This document shows, piece by piece, positions 9,854 through 19,269 of a DNA stretch of 64,000 nt. Position 1 is the stretch's first letter; each line of letters begins with the position of its first letter. Source of the DNA: a virus (taxonomy: Duplodnaviria; Caudoviricetes); IMG/VR virus record IMGVR_UViG_3300005573_001593, positions 23,534 to 87,533 of that record; one strand, written 5' to 3'. The notes under the pieces were generated by a model. The model ran no database searches. It was not told the DNA's origin and worked only from the letters and a program-made list of their open reading frames with translations. The position numbers and the translations under genes are program-made.

Positions 9854-12417
9854 TGGCTCGCCGGAAGGGCACGGAAGCGGACGCTTACAACCTTGCGCTC
9901 TTCGACAAGCAGGAATACCTCAAGACCGCACCATGCGTGCCCGCCCTGCGGCGCAAGGTGGTCGAATGGCGTGATGCCGACTACGAAGGCGCAACGGCAA
10001 CGACCCGCAGCCTACTCCGGTGGTGGTTTAGAAACGATCATCGCATGCCGGATGGGCGCCTCTTCGCCTACCACTCGTCGCAGCGTGAAGCCATCGAGAC
10101 GCTGATCTACACGTACGAAGTCGCGAAAGTACGCACCCGGCAGGAGCTCCTGGAACACTTCGCACGCGCCGGGGAGCAGATTCGCCTGCCACCGGATGAT
10201 GACTTCGCGCGCTATTGCACGAAGATGGCGACTGGCTCCGGCAAGACCAAGGTCATGTCGCTGGCTATCGCGTGGCACTACTGGAATGCGGTCATGGAGG
10301 CAGACGGCAGCGACTACGCCACCACCTTCCTGATCGTCGCGCCCAACGTCATCGTGCTGGAGCGGCTCAAGGCCGATTTCGCGGGTGGACGCATCTTCCA
10401 GGCTGATCCCGTCATGCCGCCGCACCTGCGCTACCTCTGGGATGTCGAGACGATGGTGCGCGGTGACGGTGAGCGAGTGCACTCCGATGGGTTGGTCCTG
10501 CTCACCAATATCCAGCAACTCTATGAGCGCCCAGAGAAAGCCAACGGCGACGAACCGGAGGCACTTGCGGCGGTACTTGGTCCCAAAGGGCCGGCACCGC
10601 GCGGCGAGTCCGCCGATTTTCTGGACGCTATTGCCAGACGCAGCGGCAAGTTGCTTGTGCTCAACGACGAGGCGCACCATACCCACGATGAGGACAACGA
10701 GTGGAATAACGTCATCAAGCGGTTGCATAGCGTCACGCCCATCGCGAGCCAGGTGGACTACTCCGCGACACCGCGCTTCCAGAAGGGTGCGCTCTTCCCG
10801 TGGGTCATCTCAGACTATCCGCTCAAACAGGCCATTCTCGATGGCGTCGTGAAGCGTCCATACAAGGGTGTGGCGGATATTCACGAGGCGCCATCGGAGT
10901 ATGCCAGCATCCGCTACGAGGGCTATCTCACCGCGGGTGTGCAGCGCTGGCGTGAGTATCGCGACCAGTTGGCTGACGTCGGCAAGCGCCCGTTGCTCTT
11001 CCTGATGCTCAACAGCACCAGTGAAGCCGATGACGTCGGCGACTGGCTGCGCACGAAGTACCCCGAGGACTTCGCGGGTGACAAGACGCTGGTTATCCAT
11101 ACCAAGAGCGATGGCGAGATCACGACGAAAGACCTCGAAACGGCGCGCAGGATTTCCCGTGAAGTGGACAGCCCCGATTGCCCGGTCAATGCCATCGTGA
11201 GCGTGCTGATGCTGCGGGAAGGCTGGGACGTGCAGAATGTCACCGTCGTGGTGGGCTTGCGCCCGTACAGCGCGAAGGCGAACATTCTGCCGGAGCAGAC
11301 CATCGGGCGTGGTCTTCGGCTGATGTTCCGCGATCAGGGGTTGAGCTACCGCGAGCGGGTGGACATCATCGGCAACAAGGCATTCTTGGACTTTGTCGAA
11401 GATCTGGAGCGACTGGAAGAGCTGAGCCTCGATTCCTTCCAGGTCGGCAAGGACAAACTCTCCATCCTCACGATTCATCCGGTGCTGCCAGACAAGAGGG
11501 CATTTGACATCGCCTTCCCGCAACTCAGTCCCATCCTGCAGCGCAAGAAGTCGCTGGCGGAGGAGATCGCAGCCATTGACGTACGCCGCTTCCTCTGTCC
11601 ACCACTGCCCAAGCGCCCCGGTGACATGGCAGAGCGGCAGTTTCGCTACGAGGGCTACGACTTCATCACGCTGGAACGCGAGTTTGAGCGCGAGTACAGC
11701 ATCCCGACCCCACAGACCTCCGGTGAGGTCATCGGCTACTACGCGCGGATGATTGCCAAGGATCTCAAGCTGCCCTCACAGTTCCACGTGCTCGCGCCCA
11801 AGGTGCGGGAGTTCTTTGAAATCAAAGCGTTTGGAGAGCCCGTGGATCTGGATGACCCGGCGATCATTCAGGCGATGAGCCGACCAGCGGTGGGCTACGT
11901 GGTCAAGCGCCTCTTCACTGCGGCACTGAGCAGCCGCCTGATCGAGGAACTGGAGCCGGAGTTACTGACCGAGCCTCGCTACCTCTCCGAGACGCAGCCG
12001 TTCCCCTTCTCCAATGGCAACGCTGTGGACGGGCACAAGTGCATCCTCAACTACGCGCCCTGTACCAACGAATTTGAGAAGCAATTCGGGCGGTTCCTCG
12101 ATGGCGCGGGGGATATTACGGCGTGGTGCAAGATTCCCGACAGCTTCAAGTTCAGCATCGAGTACACCGACCAGAACGCCAGCCTGCGCTACTACTATCC
12201 CGACTTTGTCGCTATTGCGGACGACGGCACACACTGGATCATCGAGACGAAGGGTGCGGAGACGGTGGAGGTGGCCTACAAAGACCGCGCTGCGCGCCTC
12301 TGGTGTGACAATGCCACGGACCTCACGGACATGCGGTGGGAGTACGTTAAGGTGCAGCAGAAGGCATTCTACGAGATGCAGCCAGCGGTCTTCGCGGATA
12401 TTACACTGATGCGGTAA
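9853..12417 (+). CDS. res: Type III restriction endonuclease (Res) subunit
   Basis: MATGSGKT (Walker A), NDEAHH, MLREGWD, QTIGRGLR; C-terminal PD-(D/E)xK YYPDF...IETKG; TGATG overlap with mod. Confidence 0.92.
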   Translation: MARRKGTEADAYNLALFDKQEYLKTAPCVPALRRKVVEWRDADYEGATATTRSLLRWWFRNDHRMPDGRLFAYHSSQREAIETLIYTYEVAKVRTRQELLEHFARAGEQIRLPPDDDFARYCTKMATGSGKTKVMSLAIAWHYWNAVMEADGSDYATTFLIVAPNVIVLERLKADFAGGRIFQADPVMPPHLRYLWDVETMVRGDGERVHSDGLVLLTNIQQLYERPEKANGDEPEALAAVLGPKGPAPRGESADFLDAIARRSGKLLVLNDEAHHTHDEDNEWNNVIKRLHSVTPIASQVDYSATPRFQKGALFPWVISDYPLKQAILDGVVKRPYKGVADIHEAPSEYASIRYEGYLTAGVQRWREYRDQLADVGKRPLLFLMLNSTSEADDVGDWLRTKYPEDFAGDKTLVIHTKSDGEITTKDLETARRISREVDSPDCPVNAIVSVLMLREGWDVQNVTVVVGLRPYSAKANILPEQTIGRGLRLMFRDQGLSYRERVDIIGNKAFLDFVEDLERLEELSLDSFQVGKDKLSILTIHPVLPDKRAFDIAFPQLSPILQRKKSLAEEIAAIDVRRFLCPPLPKRPGDMAERQFRYEGYDFITLEREFEREYSIPTPQTSGEVIGYYARMIAKDLKLPSQFHVLAPKVREFFEIKAFGEPVDLDDPAIIQAMSRPAVGYVVKRLFTAALSSRLIEELEPELLTEPRYLSETQPFPFSNGNAVDGHKCILNYAPCTNEFEKQFGRFLDGAGDITAWCKIPDSFKFSIEYTDQNASLRYYYPDFVAIADDGTHWIIETKGAETVEVAYKDRAARLWCDNATDLTDMRWEYVKVQQKAFYEMQPAVFADITLMR

Positions 12418-12498
12418 TGGTTGCGTTCAGTCCCGGCATCAGAATGCTCCTAGCAAGTGCGATATGGAGCCTGTTGTAGGCGATGGGAGTGCGTGGAC

Positions 12499-13779
12499 AT
12501 GGAAGAGCAGCCCCACGAAGAAACACTCGACGTATTGAACCCTGGTTTTGATCGGACATGTGCGATGTCGTGGCCATTTGCCCATCGTCTCAGCCCAACC
12601 TATGGCCTTCCCGAGCACGGCACGGCGGGAACCCAGTCAGTTCCGATGCCGGATCCCTGGACGCGATTGCTCTGGTGGGAATCACAATGGCAGGCAGAAA
12701 TCGGCATCAAAGACCTATGCGCTCAACCGTACATTGATCTGCAAAACCTGCCAGGAATGGGCTATGGTGACGAAATAGCTGTACCAACACGAGCTTGGTA
12801 TCCCTATGCACTCTGCAGTTCGCAAACTGATCGTATCAAGACCGCCGCACGCACTATCTCAGCGCTCGCTCGGCAGGCTCGTGAGCTCTATGCGGCAGCT
12901 GCGGCAAGTGATGTGACCGATGTCAGTAAGCCAATCTTGTATTTCTACGGAGCTGAAGCTCTTGCTCAGGCCGTTATCATTTCTTTGTTTGGAGTTGAAC
13001 GGTTTGAGTCGAGGCACGCGCGAGAGCATGGTCTAAACTGCCCGCGTGAGCACGGCGTGACGACAAGGCACCCAGATGGGGTAAAGTGGCCGACTACGAT
13101 TGAGTGGAAGCCCAAGGGCATCTTTGCCATGTTCTATCGTGCAACACGCTGGGATCGTTTGTACGACTGCTGTTCAACCCACAGCGCGTGGAAGTCAATC
13201 ACCTCAACGGTCACTCCTGAGTTTCATGTATTGGAATGTATCCGCTGGTTGGGACTCGACTGGGGTACGTTGCCAGCGACCGGATTTGAAATAGAGCAGC
13301 CATATCAGGCGGTACCAGCCTCACGTCTTGAGCCGCTACTTATGGTGTATCGGCCTGGTGGTCACCTGTTTCTGTCCATTCACACCCCTCGCCCGTTCCC
13401 ATCTGTTAACGTTCCACGCGCTATAGTCCAGTACATGCTGCTGTTCTACTTCTCGATACTTGCTCGGTACCATACCGTCATCTGGCAGGAGTTACTTGCA
13501 GGTGTGGAGGAGCCGGAAGGCTTCGTATTCCGCGTTGCGTTTGAACAGGTGGCACTCGACTTCCTGAACGAGATGACATCTCTGCTGCCGAGACCATTCC
13601 CCGATGGACGCACACGGCCTATCGCATGGTATACAGGCTCCAAAGAGGAGTTATTGCGCGACTGGTATCGTCCAGACAAAATATTGGTTGGTGGTCCACA
13701 CTTGCCGCCGATGAAGTGGTATTACTGGCAGGAATGGCAGGGTGAACCGAGCGTCACGTGTCCCGAAAGGCAGCGTTGA
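12499..13779 (+). CDS. YaaC-like protein
   Basis: KPILYFYG.....A, HGL and YMLLFYFSILARYH..IWQELL patterns match my recollection of the YaaC family; start chosen after a GGGAG SD. Confidence 0.6.
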   Translation: MEEQPHEETLDVLNPGFDRTCAMSWPFAHRLSPTYGLPEHGTAGTQSVPMPDPWTRLLWWESQWQAEIGIKDLCAQPYIDLQNLPGMGYGDEIAVPTRAWYPYALCSSQTDRIKTAARTISALARQARELYAAAAASDVTDVSKPILYFYGAEALAQAVIISLFGVERFESRHAREHGLNCPREHGVTTRHPDGVKWPTTIEWKPKGIFAMFYRATRWDRLYDCCSTHSAWKSITSTVTPEFHVLECIRWLGLDWGTLPATGFEIEQPYQAVPASRLEPLLMVYRPGGHLFLSIHTPRPFPSVNVPRAIVQYMLLFYFSILARYHTVIWQELLAGVEEPEGFVFRVAFEQVALDFLNEMTSLLPRPFPDGRTRPIAWYTGSKEELLRDWYRPDKILVGGPHLPPMKWYYWQEWQGEPSVTCPERQR

Positions 13780-13821
13780 TTCTGCATCTGGCCCAGTTTA
13801 AGAGCAGACGTAAGGAGTAAC

Positions 13822-14118
13822 TTGGTGGACCCTATCGCTGAGACGGTACTGGCTACGGCCGTACGTGATGGTGGCCAAAATCCGACGTTTGCTGGTGGAC
13901 CATTCGACCTGGGCAAAGGGAAAACACTCTATCCCGTCAAAGCTGAGTGGGCTGATGAAAGCATCATACTGCCCGGAAAGATACGACTGTATGTCGTGTC
14001 GCAGGATGCCAATCTCAACATCACGGTGACGATGTATTCGCTTGGTGAGATCCAGGAAGAGGATGTGGGTGACGTCGCTGCGACGATGCGCGATGCGGTT
14101 GCACATGATGAGCTCTAG
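13822..14118 (+). CDS. Hypothetical protein
   Basis: 98-aa ORF with TAAGGAG SD and GTG start. Confidence 0.6.
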   Translation: MVDPIAETVLATAVRDGGQNPTFAGGPFDLGKGKTLYPVKAEWADESIILPGKIRLYVVSQDANLNITVTMYSLGEIQEEDVGDVAATMRDAVAHDEL

Positions 14119-14244
14119 CAGCTATGGGCACAGGAGCGTTGAGCAGTAGTGGGAGCTGGAGGCGAATTGCGCAAATATGGTCGTACCATGAGCGGTACGA
14201 CCTGCGACGACGGCACTCAGACGCACTGCTCGTATACGAGCGAT

Positions 14245-14481
14245 CTAGCGTTCCACCGATTCCTCGCGTTTTCCCTGACGATGAGCCGGCCACGCGACAT
14301 CATCCAGTCCCACGCCGAAGAGCTCGGCCAGATCGCAGGCCAATCCCATCCGCGGTTCTTGTTTGTCACCTTCCAAGCTGGCGATCGTCTTCAGGCTCAC
14401 ATGCACGGCTGCGGCCACGTGCTCGCGTGACCAGCCTCGTTCGGTCCGCAACTCCCTGAGCGTCTTGCGCTTCCGCTCCAT
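14245..14481 (-). CDS. XRE/Cro-CI family HTH regulator
   Basis: LRELRTERGWSREHVAAAVHVSLKTIASLEG...P...LA..LAELFGV. Confidence 0.88.
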   Translation of the reverse strand: MERKRKTLRELRTERGWSREHVAAAVHVSLKTIASLEGDKQEPRMGLACDLAELFGVGLDDVAWPAHRQGKREESVER

Positions 14482-14635
14482 AGCCGTATCCTCCCAGTGT
14501 GTCGCGCCATGTAGTTTTCTTCTCCCGTAATTCTACCACAACATTACTTCCGGATTTGGGCCTGTCTGACGGAATAAGTATATGTAGCAAACTTCTAGTA
14601 GTTAACTTCATAAGACAAGGAGAAAGGATAGCGCA

Positions 14636-14914
14636 ATGCGTGACATGTCCTCTCACGAAGTCAATCAGCAGCTCGCTCGCGGTCTCGCACGCGCGCTTGA
14701 ACAGCACGTCACCATCGCCGCGCGGGGATTCGTCACGGCGACAGGCGATCAGTTCTTCATCGTCAATAGCGCCAGCCACAACGGCACGCAGTACCTTGTG
14801 GCTGCGGTCGGTAGCCGCCTGGTCTGCTCGTGCCCTGCTGGTGAGCACGACCTCATCTGCAAGCACGTTGCGCTCGTGCGTGCGCTGCTCGTCGCTGAGC
14901 GCATGGTCGTCTAG
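14636..14914 (+). CDS. SWIM zinc-finger protein
   Basis: CSCPAG....ICKH (CxC...CxH) motif; AAGGAG SD; divergent from the HTH gene. Confidence 0.8.
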   Translation: MRDMSSHEVNQQLARGLARALEQHVTIAARGFVTATGDQFFIVNSASHNGTQYLVAAVGSRLVCSCPAGEHDLICKHVALVRALLVAERMVV

Positions 14915-14969
14915 AGGAAGTGGTGTGGAGGTGACGCACTATCACCTCCACTTCAGGGGAGATGACACG

Positions 14970-15284
14970 ATGACATTCTCGATGAGTGATGGCATGCAGA
15001 CCGAGCGTGTACAAGATGCGCGAGGCATTCTGCAGCAATGGACGCTTGATGACGGGCGCGTGCTCAGGACGCCGGAAGACTTCGATGAGGCGCTTTCTGC
15101 CTGCCCTATGACTACTTCGGGTAATGAAGACTTCGATCTCTTGTGCGCCGTGATTGACCATCTAGGGCAGCGCTGCACCGCTATTGCGATGTGGCCGGAT
15201 GACAGACCGCACGCGACGATTCTCGTGCGCTTCGATGACGGCTACGAACTGTATGTCATGGATACGGACTGCCGGTTCGACTAA
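14970..15284 (+). CDS. Hypothetical protein
   Basis: MTFSMSDG... after a GGGGAG SD; real part of the 14499-15284 track ORF. Confidence 0.6.
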   Translation: MTFSMSDGMQTERVQDARGILQQWTLDDGRVLRTPEDFDEALSACPMTTSGNEDFDLLCAVIDHLGQRCTAIAMWPDDRPHATILVRFDDGYELYVMDTDCRFD

Positions 15285-15301
15285 GGTGTGGGAGGAGAGA
15301 T

Positions 15302-15505
15302 ATGGTGGTGCCATCAGGTGATATGGTCACGGTGATCTTCAAGTGTCTGGACTGCCTCAACCTGTTTGGACGGGTGGGGCAGGATACCGGCGAGGGCTCA
15401 ATCGATCTTGGCCCGATTGAGCAGGATGATCCGGCGCGTTGCCCCCGTTGCGGATCGGATGACACCTTGCCATGGGAAGTCATGCCGAGACCTACTGGCG
15501 AATGA
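15302..15505 (+). CDS. Small zinc-ribbon protein
   Basis: CLDC and CPRCG pairs; GGAGGAG SD. Confidence 0.7.
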   Translation: MVVPSGDMVTVIFKCLDCLNLFGRVGQDTGEGSIDLGPIEQDDPARCPRCGSDDTLPWEVMPRPTGE

Positions 15506-15695
15506 TACAGATACGCTTGTGCGGACGAATTCACCTATATCATCGCGCCATCGCGTCACACTACTGCCGACAAACGCCACTCATGGTGCTGGCAATAGCA
15601 GACACATTCGACCAAGCAAATGGAGCGCTATCCACGTGAATAACGCTCCATTTGCTGTTGCTTGCGGCCAGATAACTACAGATTTTCGTGCATCA

Positions 15696-17117
15696 TTACG
15701 CGACGGATTCACTTGAGATAGTGGACAGGTTTGTCTCGCTCTCTTGCGCCGATTCGAGCAGCGAACGCCATGCCTTGTACGCGGTTTCGCTGACCAAGCC
15801 ATGGCCGATAAGCAGACGCATCACATCATCAATAGGTGCGATAAGTGCGGTGCCATCCTTCTCTTCTGAGCCGGTATCGTGCATGATTTCACGCAGCTTC
15901 TTGGGCGCCAATTCGCCCTCTACCAGGTGCGAAACGTCCGTCGAACGGATCCACACGCCGCGTTTGCCGGCTGGCCTATTGGCGGGCTCGATGCCCATGT
16001 TGTGCAGGAAAGCGTTCATACGATCGGTCTGGGTTCGGGGTTCACGTGTGACGCCATTGCGCCGGGGTACGCGAAAGTTAAGAGCCGCCAGTTCCGGTAC
16101 CTCCTGCACCAGTTCCTCAGGCAATGTGCCGTGCTGCGCGAGGTGTGCGATCGTGCGGATCAATTGTTCACGCGCATCGCGCTGACCTTCATTCAGGCGC
16201 TGTTCAGTGAGTGCCATGACGCGCTCGATCTGCTGCTGGTTGGCGGCACGGGCGCGCTCTACCTGCTCGCGCGCATCGCGCTGGGCAGCATCCGCTTGCT
16301 CATGTGCTTGTTGCTCAGCGGCGGCGATGCGGGCTTCCATCTGCTTGCGCATCGACTCAGGTGCCAGAGCTGAGACGGTTTCCACGAGTCGGTACAGCCG
16401 TTCCTGTTGCGCTTGTGGCAGGTGTTGTGTCTCGATCAGTCCTTTGATGAGCTGGCCCGCATCGGCCTTGGAGAGGTCAATGCTGTCCAGGTAGAACATC
16501 AGGTGGTGCGCAAACTTGACCGAGAGCATCTGCTCATAATCTTCCATCGTGATGGCATGGGGCGTACGGGTCGCCAACACGATCGCTACGATGGGAATAA
16601 CGACCGCACGGGCAAAGACCAGCGCCCAGGCGACGAAGTTATCGGGCCGTTCGATGACGTACACCGTGAGCACGTAGGTGGTGGACTCGATAGCGGCCAG
16701 CATAAAGACCAACGCGAGTTGCCAGCCGAAGTCGGCCAGTTCCTTACCGCGTGCCAGCCCGTGCCGCATCAGCTCGGCCATGATGACCATGGTGAGGTCG
16801 CTGCCGATGACAAACAGCACGATCACCAGCAGACCCATGATGGCCACGGGGTCAGGCATCTGGTGCGCCAGGATGAGTGCCAGCTGCTGTTGTAACGACT
16901 GGCGTGCCAGCGCCACTAGCGCTGAGCAAGAGAACGCAAACAGCAGCAGATACGAGAGGAACCGACCCAGCGCGAACAGATGGGAGCCGCGATTACTGAG
17001 CGCGTTCAACGCATCCGCTATCGGGTCTCGCTCGCCAAAGAACGCCGTGCCCAAGCCACTGAAGATGCCCCGCCGGGGGCGTTGTGCTTCCATACCGCAC
17101 CTCTCACTCTCAACCAT
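15696..17117 (-). CDS. Multi-pass membrane protein with coiled coil and C-terminal soluble domain
   Basis: About five hydrophobic segments in the N-terminal half, then an A/E/Q/R-rich heptad region. Confidence 0.75.
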   Translation of the reverse strand: MVESERCGMEAQRPRRGIFSGLGTAFFGERDPIADALNALSNRGSHLFALGRFLSYLLLFAFSCSALVALARQSLQQQLALILAHQMPDPVAIMGLLVIVLFVIGSDLTMVIMAELMRHGLARGKELADFGWQLALVFMLAAIESTTYVLTVYVIERPDNFVAWALVFARAVVIPIVAIVLATRTPHAITMEDYEQMLSVKFAHHLMFYLDSIDLSKADAGQLIKGLIETQHLPQAQQERLYRLVETVSALAPESMRKQMEARIAAAEQQAHEQADAAQRDAREQVERARAANQQQIERVMALTEQRLNEGQRDAREQLIRTIAHLAQHGTLPEELVQEVPELAALNFRVPRRNGVTREPRTQTDRMNAFLHNMGIEPANRPAGKRGVWIRSTDVSHLVEGELAPKKLREIMHDTGSEEKDGTALIAPIDDVMRLLIGHGLVSETAYKAWRSLLESAQESETNLSTISSESVA

Positions 17118-17132
17118 TGGTCGCTTTGCTGA

Positions 17133-17192
17133 TACGCATTATACGCAATAATTGCTAGCTACGCAATATACGCCAACATGGTATACTACGCA
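17133..17192 (+). promoter_or_regulatory. Divergent promoter region with five TACGC(A/C) direct repeats
   Basis: Repeats start at 17133, 17142, 17160, 17169 and 17187; extended -10 TGGTATACT at 17179-17187. Confidence 0.5.
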
Positions 17193-17208
17193 CAGTGAGG
17201 AGGCGCAT

Positions 17209-17505
17209 ATGCCAGAACTTTCGTTGGATGAGGCCGAAGACGTTTTGGAACGTGACGGTCGTTATGCCTGGCTCTTGTCTGGTCGTCAAGCCTGGTCGGT
17301 CTATGACGTAGCGGAGCAGTACAAACAGGCGACAGGTGTCCCGGTCAGCCATGACACGGTGACGCGCTGGTTTCGCTCATTGCCGGACGGTGGCGCGGAA
17401 AACTATGGGGGCACGATCGGCTGGCGAGCTCGCCGTGACGCGCTCGTGCTGTTCTTTGCGGAGGGCAAGCATTTGCGGCGGGGAAAAGAGGATCAAGTGA
17501 GTTAG
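17209..17505 (+). CDS. Small DNA-binding protein (winged-helix/excisionase-like)
   Basis: GAGGAGG SD; WSVYDVAEQYKQATGVPVSHDTVTRWF is helix-turn-helix-like. Confidence 0.55.
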   Translation: MPELSLDEAEDVLERDGRYAWLLSGRQAWSVYDVAEQYKQATGVPVSHDTVTRWFRSLPDGGAENYGGTIGWRARRDALVLFFAEGKHLRRGKEDQVS

Positions 17506-17556
17506 AACGCATGAACTAGACTGTTTTCAGTCCGGTTCGTAGTTGAGGAAACAGCG

Positions 17557-18072
17557 ATGTCAGACGTAGCGACTCAGACGCCCATCCATGATTATGTGCA
17601 CTTGTCGGAGTGGAACTTCGATGGCCCGGTTACGTTCTACGACGGCAAGATTTACTTTTCTCTGCGCATCCTTTGCGACTTCTTGGGCGTTAAGGCACAA
17701 ATGCAACTGGAGCGCATCCGCAATGACGATACGCTCTCACGCTTTCTGCGTCAGGTTCCTATCAAGACGCGCACTGGTGTCCGTGAGACGTGGAGCATTG
17801 AGCGGCGTGGCATCGGCTGGTGGATCGCCACCATGCAGCGTCGCATTGTTCGCGAGGACATCCGCGCTCATCTCATCGAGTTCCAGGAAGCATTGATAGA
17901 CGAGGCGGACCGCCGGTTCTTCAGTGAGTCCGAACGCAATCCATTGGCAGCGTTGCGCGCGCAGATCATCACATTGGAGCGCCGCTATGCCGAACAGGAG
18001 CGCTACACACGGATGCTGGAGGATCGCATTACTCGACTGGAAGAGCGCAGAGACAGCAAGACCAGTGAATAA
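17557..18072 (+). CDS. Phage antirepressor N-terminal-domain-like protein with coiled-coil tail
   Basis: YFSLRILCDFLGVKAQMQLERIRNDDTL resembles P22 Ant N-terminal domains. Confidence 0.6.
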   Translation: MSDVATQTPIHDYVHLSEWNFDGPVTFYDGKIYFSLRILCDFLGVKAQMQLERIRNDDTLSRFLRQVPIKTRTGVRETWSIERRGIGWWIATMQRRIVREDIRAHLIEFQEALIDEADRRFFSESERNPLAALRAQIITLERRYAEQERYTRMLEDRITRLEERRDSKTSE

Positions 18073-18081
18073 GACGTGCAA

Positions 18082-18142
18082 AAACGCTAAAACCGGCCCG
18101 GAAGTCCGCAATTCAAGCGGCTCCGGGCCGGTTTTAGCGTTT
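18082..18142. terminator. Probable bidirectional terminator
   Basis: Perfect 21-bp inverted repeat AAACGCTAAAACCGGCCCGGA / TCCGGGCCGGTTTTAGCGTTT between convergent genes. Confidence 0.65.
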
Positions 18143-18281
18143 CGCAGATGTAGACAGTATCCCGCCGCAACCGGTGATACACCAGCGTATCTACCTGCTC
18201 TTCAAGTCGTATCAGGCTCCATCCGTGAGTGCCGCACAAGGAGGTGTTCCTGCTACTGCGCCATCCATAACGCTTGCTGGG

Positions 18282-18590
18282 TTAGGAGGTCACGTGGCGG
18301 TCCCGGGCTCTACGTAGTCCGCCTTGGCGTCCGATCCTGGCGTAGTGATCCGCACCATAGCGCTCTTTAGTTACTTTCCCACCGGCGCTGCCGATGCTCG
18401 CATAGAACGCGATTCCTCTTCCTTGGCGTACGCTTGTACCACCTTTCTTCCCGATCTGTCGGTAGAATTCCGTTCCTAATCGGTCGCGTGCGGCGAGGCC
18501 GCCACGTCGTGCCGCTTCCGTGCCTGGTCGTGGTCCGGGCTTACGAGGCATGGGAGATGCCTGTGACTGTTCTGAATCCTTTGCATCCAT
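18282..18590 (-). CDS. KGG/Em-repeat general stress protein (GsiB-like hydrophilin)
   Basis: Repeats EFYRQIGKKGG, AFYASIGSAGG, DHYARIGRQGG; GGGGGA SD. Confidence 0.8.
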   Translation of the reverse strand: MDAKDSEQSQASPMPRKPGPRPGTEAARRGGLAARDRLGTEFYRQIGKKGGTSVRQGRGIAFYASIGSAGGKVTKERYGADHYARIGRQGGLRRARDRHVTS

Positions 18591-18839
18591 CTGTGTCCCC
18601 CTAGTTTCGACGAGTGCCAAACACGTACAGCGTACCATAGCATAGCAAGCGGCCATGTTGTAGCTTCGAGATGCCAATCCGACAAGAACGAGTTCTCAAA
18701 ATGATTCTGAAGCGCACAGCGATCTTACGTTTCCGGATCGCAGGCAACAAAAAAGCTGGGGCACTATCCCGAGAGATAGTGCCCCAGTTCTTTGGTCACA
18801 TGTACGCGCTATTACAGGACCATCGCATCAACTATCATG

Positions 18840-19259
18840 TCACTTTGCGTCGCCTGTTGCTGGAGGTTCCGCTACTGATTGCGCCACTGGTACAGGGACG
18901 TTTGTGCCGGTGTTCACTGTTGGAAGCGCCTGCGTTAGGGTGTTCTTTAGGCGGCTGTTGCCGATGCTGCGTCCGCTGCCGGAGATGATGGTATAGACGG
19001 TCTGACTGCCTGCCCATTGCTGCACGGTATAGAGCAGATAGGTGAACGCATTCGAGAGCGAAAGCGCGTCTCTTGTGAAGGCCAGCCAGAGCACTCCGAG
19101 CAGACAAAAGACGAACGAGAGCAACCGCAACATCGTGTCATGATTGGCACTGTGCGTCTTGAACCCCGGCACATAGCTTTCCAGTAATGGTTTCAATAGC
19201 GACAGCAATGTCGTGGCAATCAGCACGATGCTGCCCCAGTCCTGCACGCTGAATGACAC
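18840..19259 (-). CDS. Putative holin
   Basis: GTG start after AGGAG; 2-3 hydrophobic segments; last gene of the late operon, downstream of the endolysin. Confidence 0.5.
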   Translation of the reverse strand: MSFSVQDWGSIVLIATTLLSLLKPLLESYVPGFKTHSANHDTMLRLLSFVFCLLGVLWLAFTRDALSLSNAFTYLLYTVQQWAGSQTVYTIISGSGRSIGNSRLKNTLTQALPTVNTGTNVPVPVAQSVAEPPATGDAK

Positions 19260-19269
19260 GTGAATACTC

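Noticed and set aside
14499-14969. N-terminal extension of the 261-aa track ORF
   Set aside because: Overlaps the SWIM gene; SD supports ATG 14970
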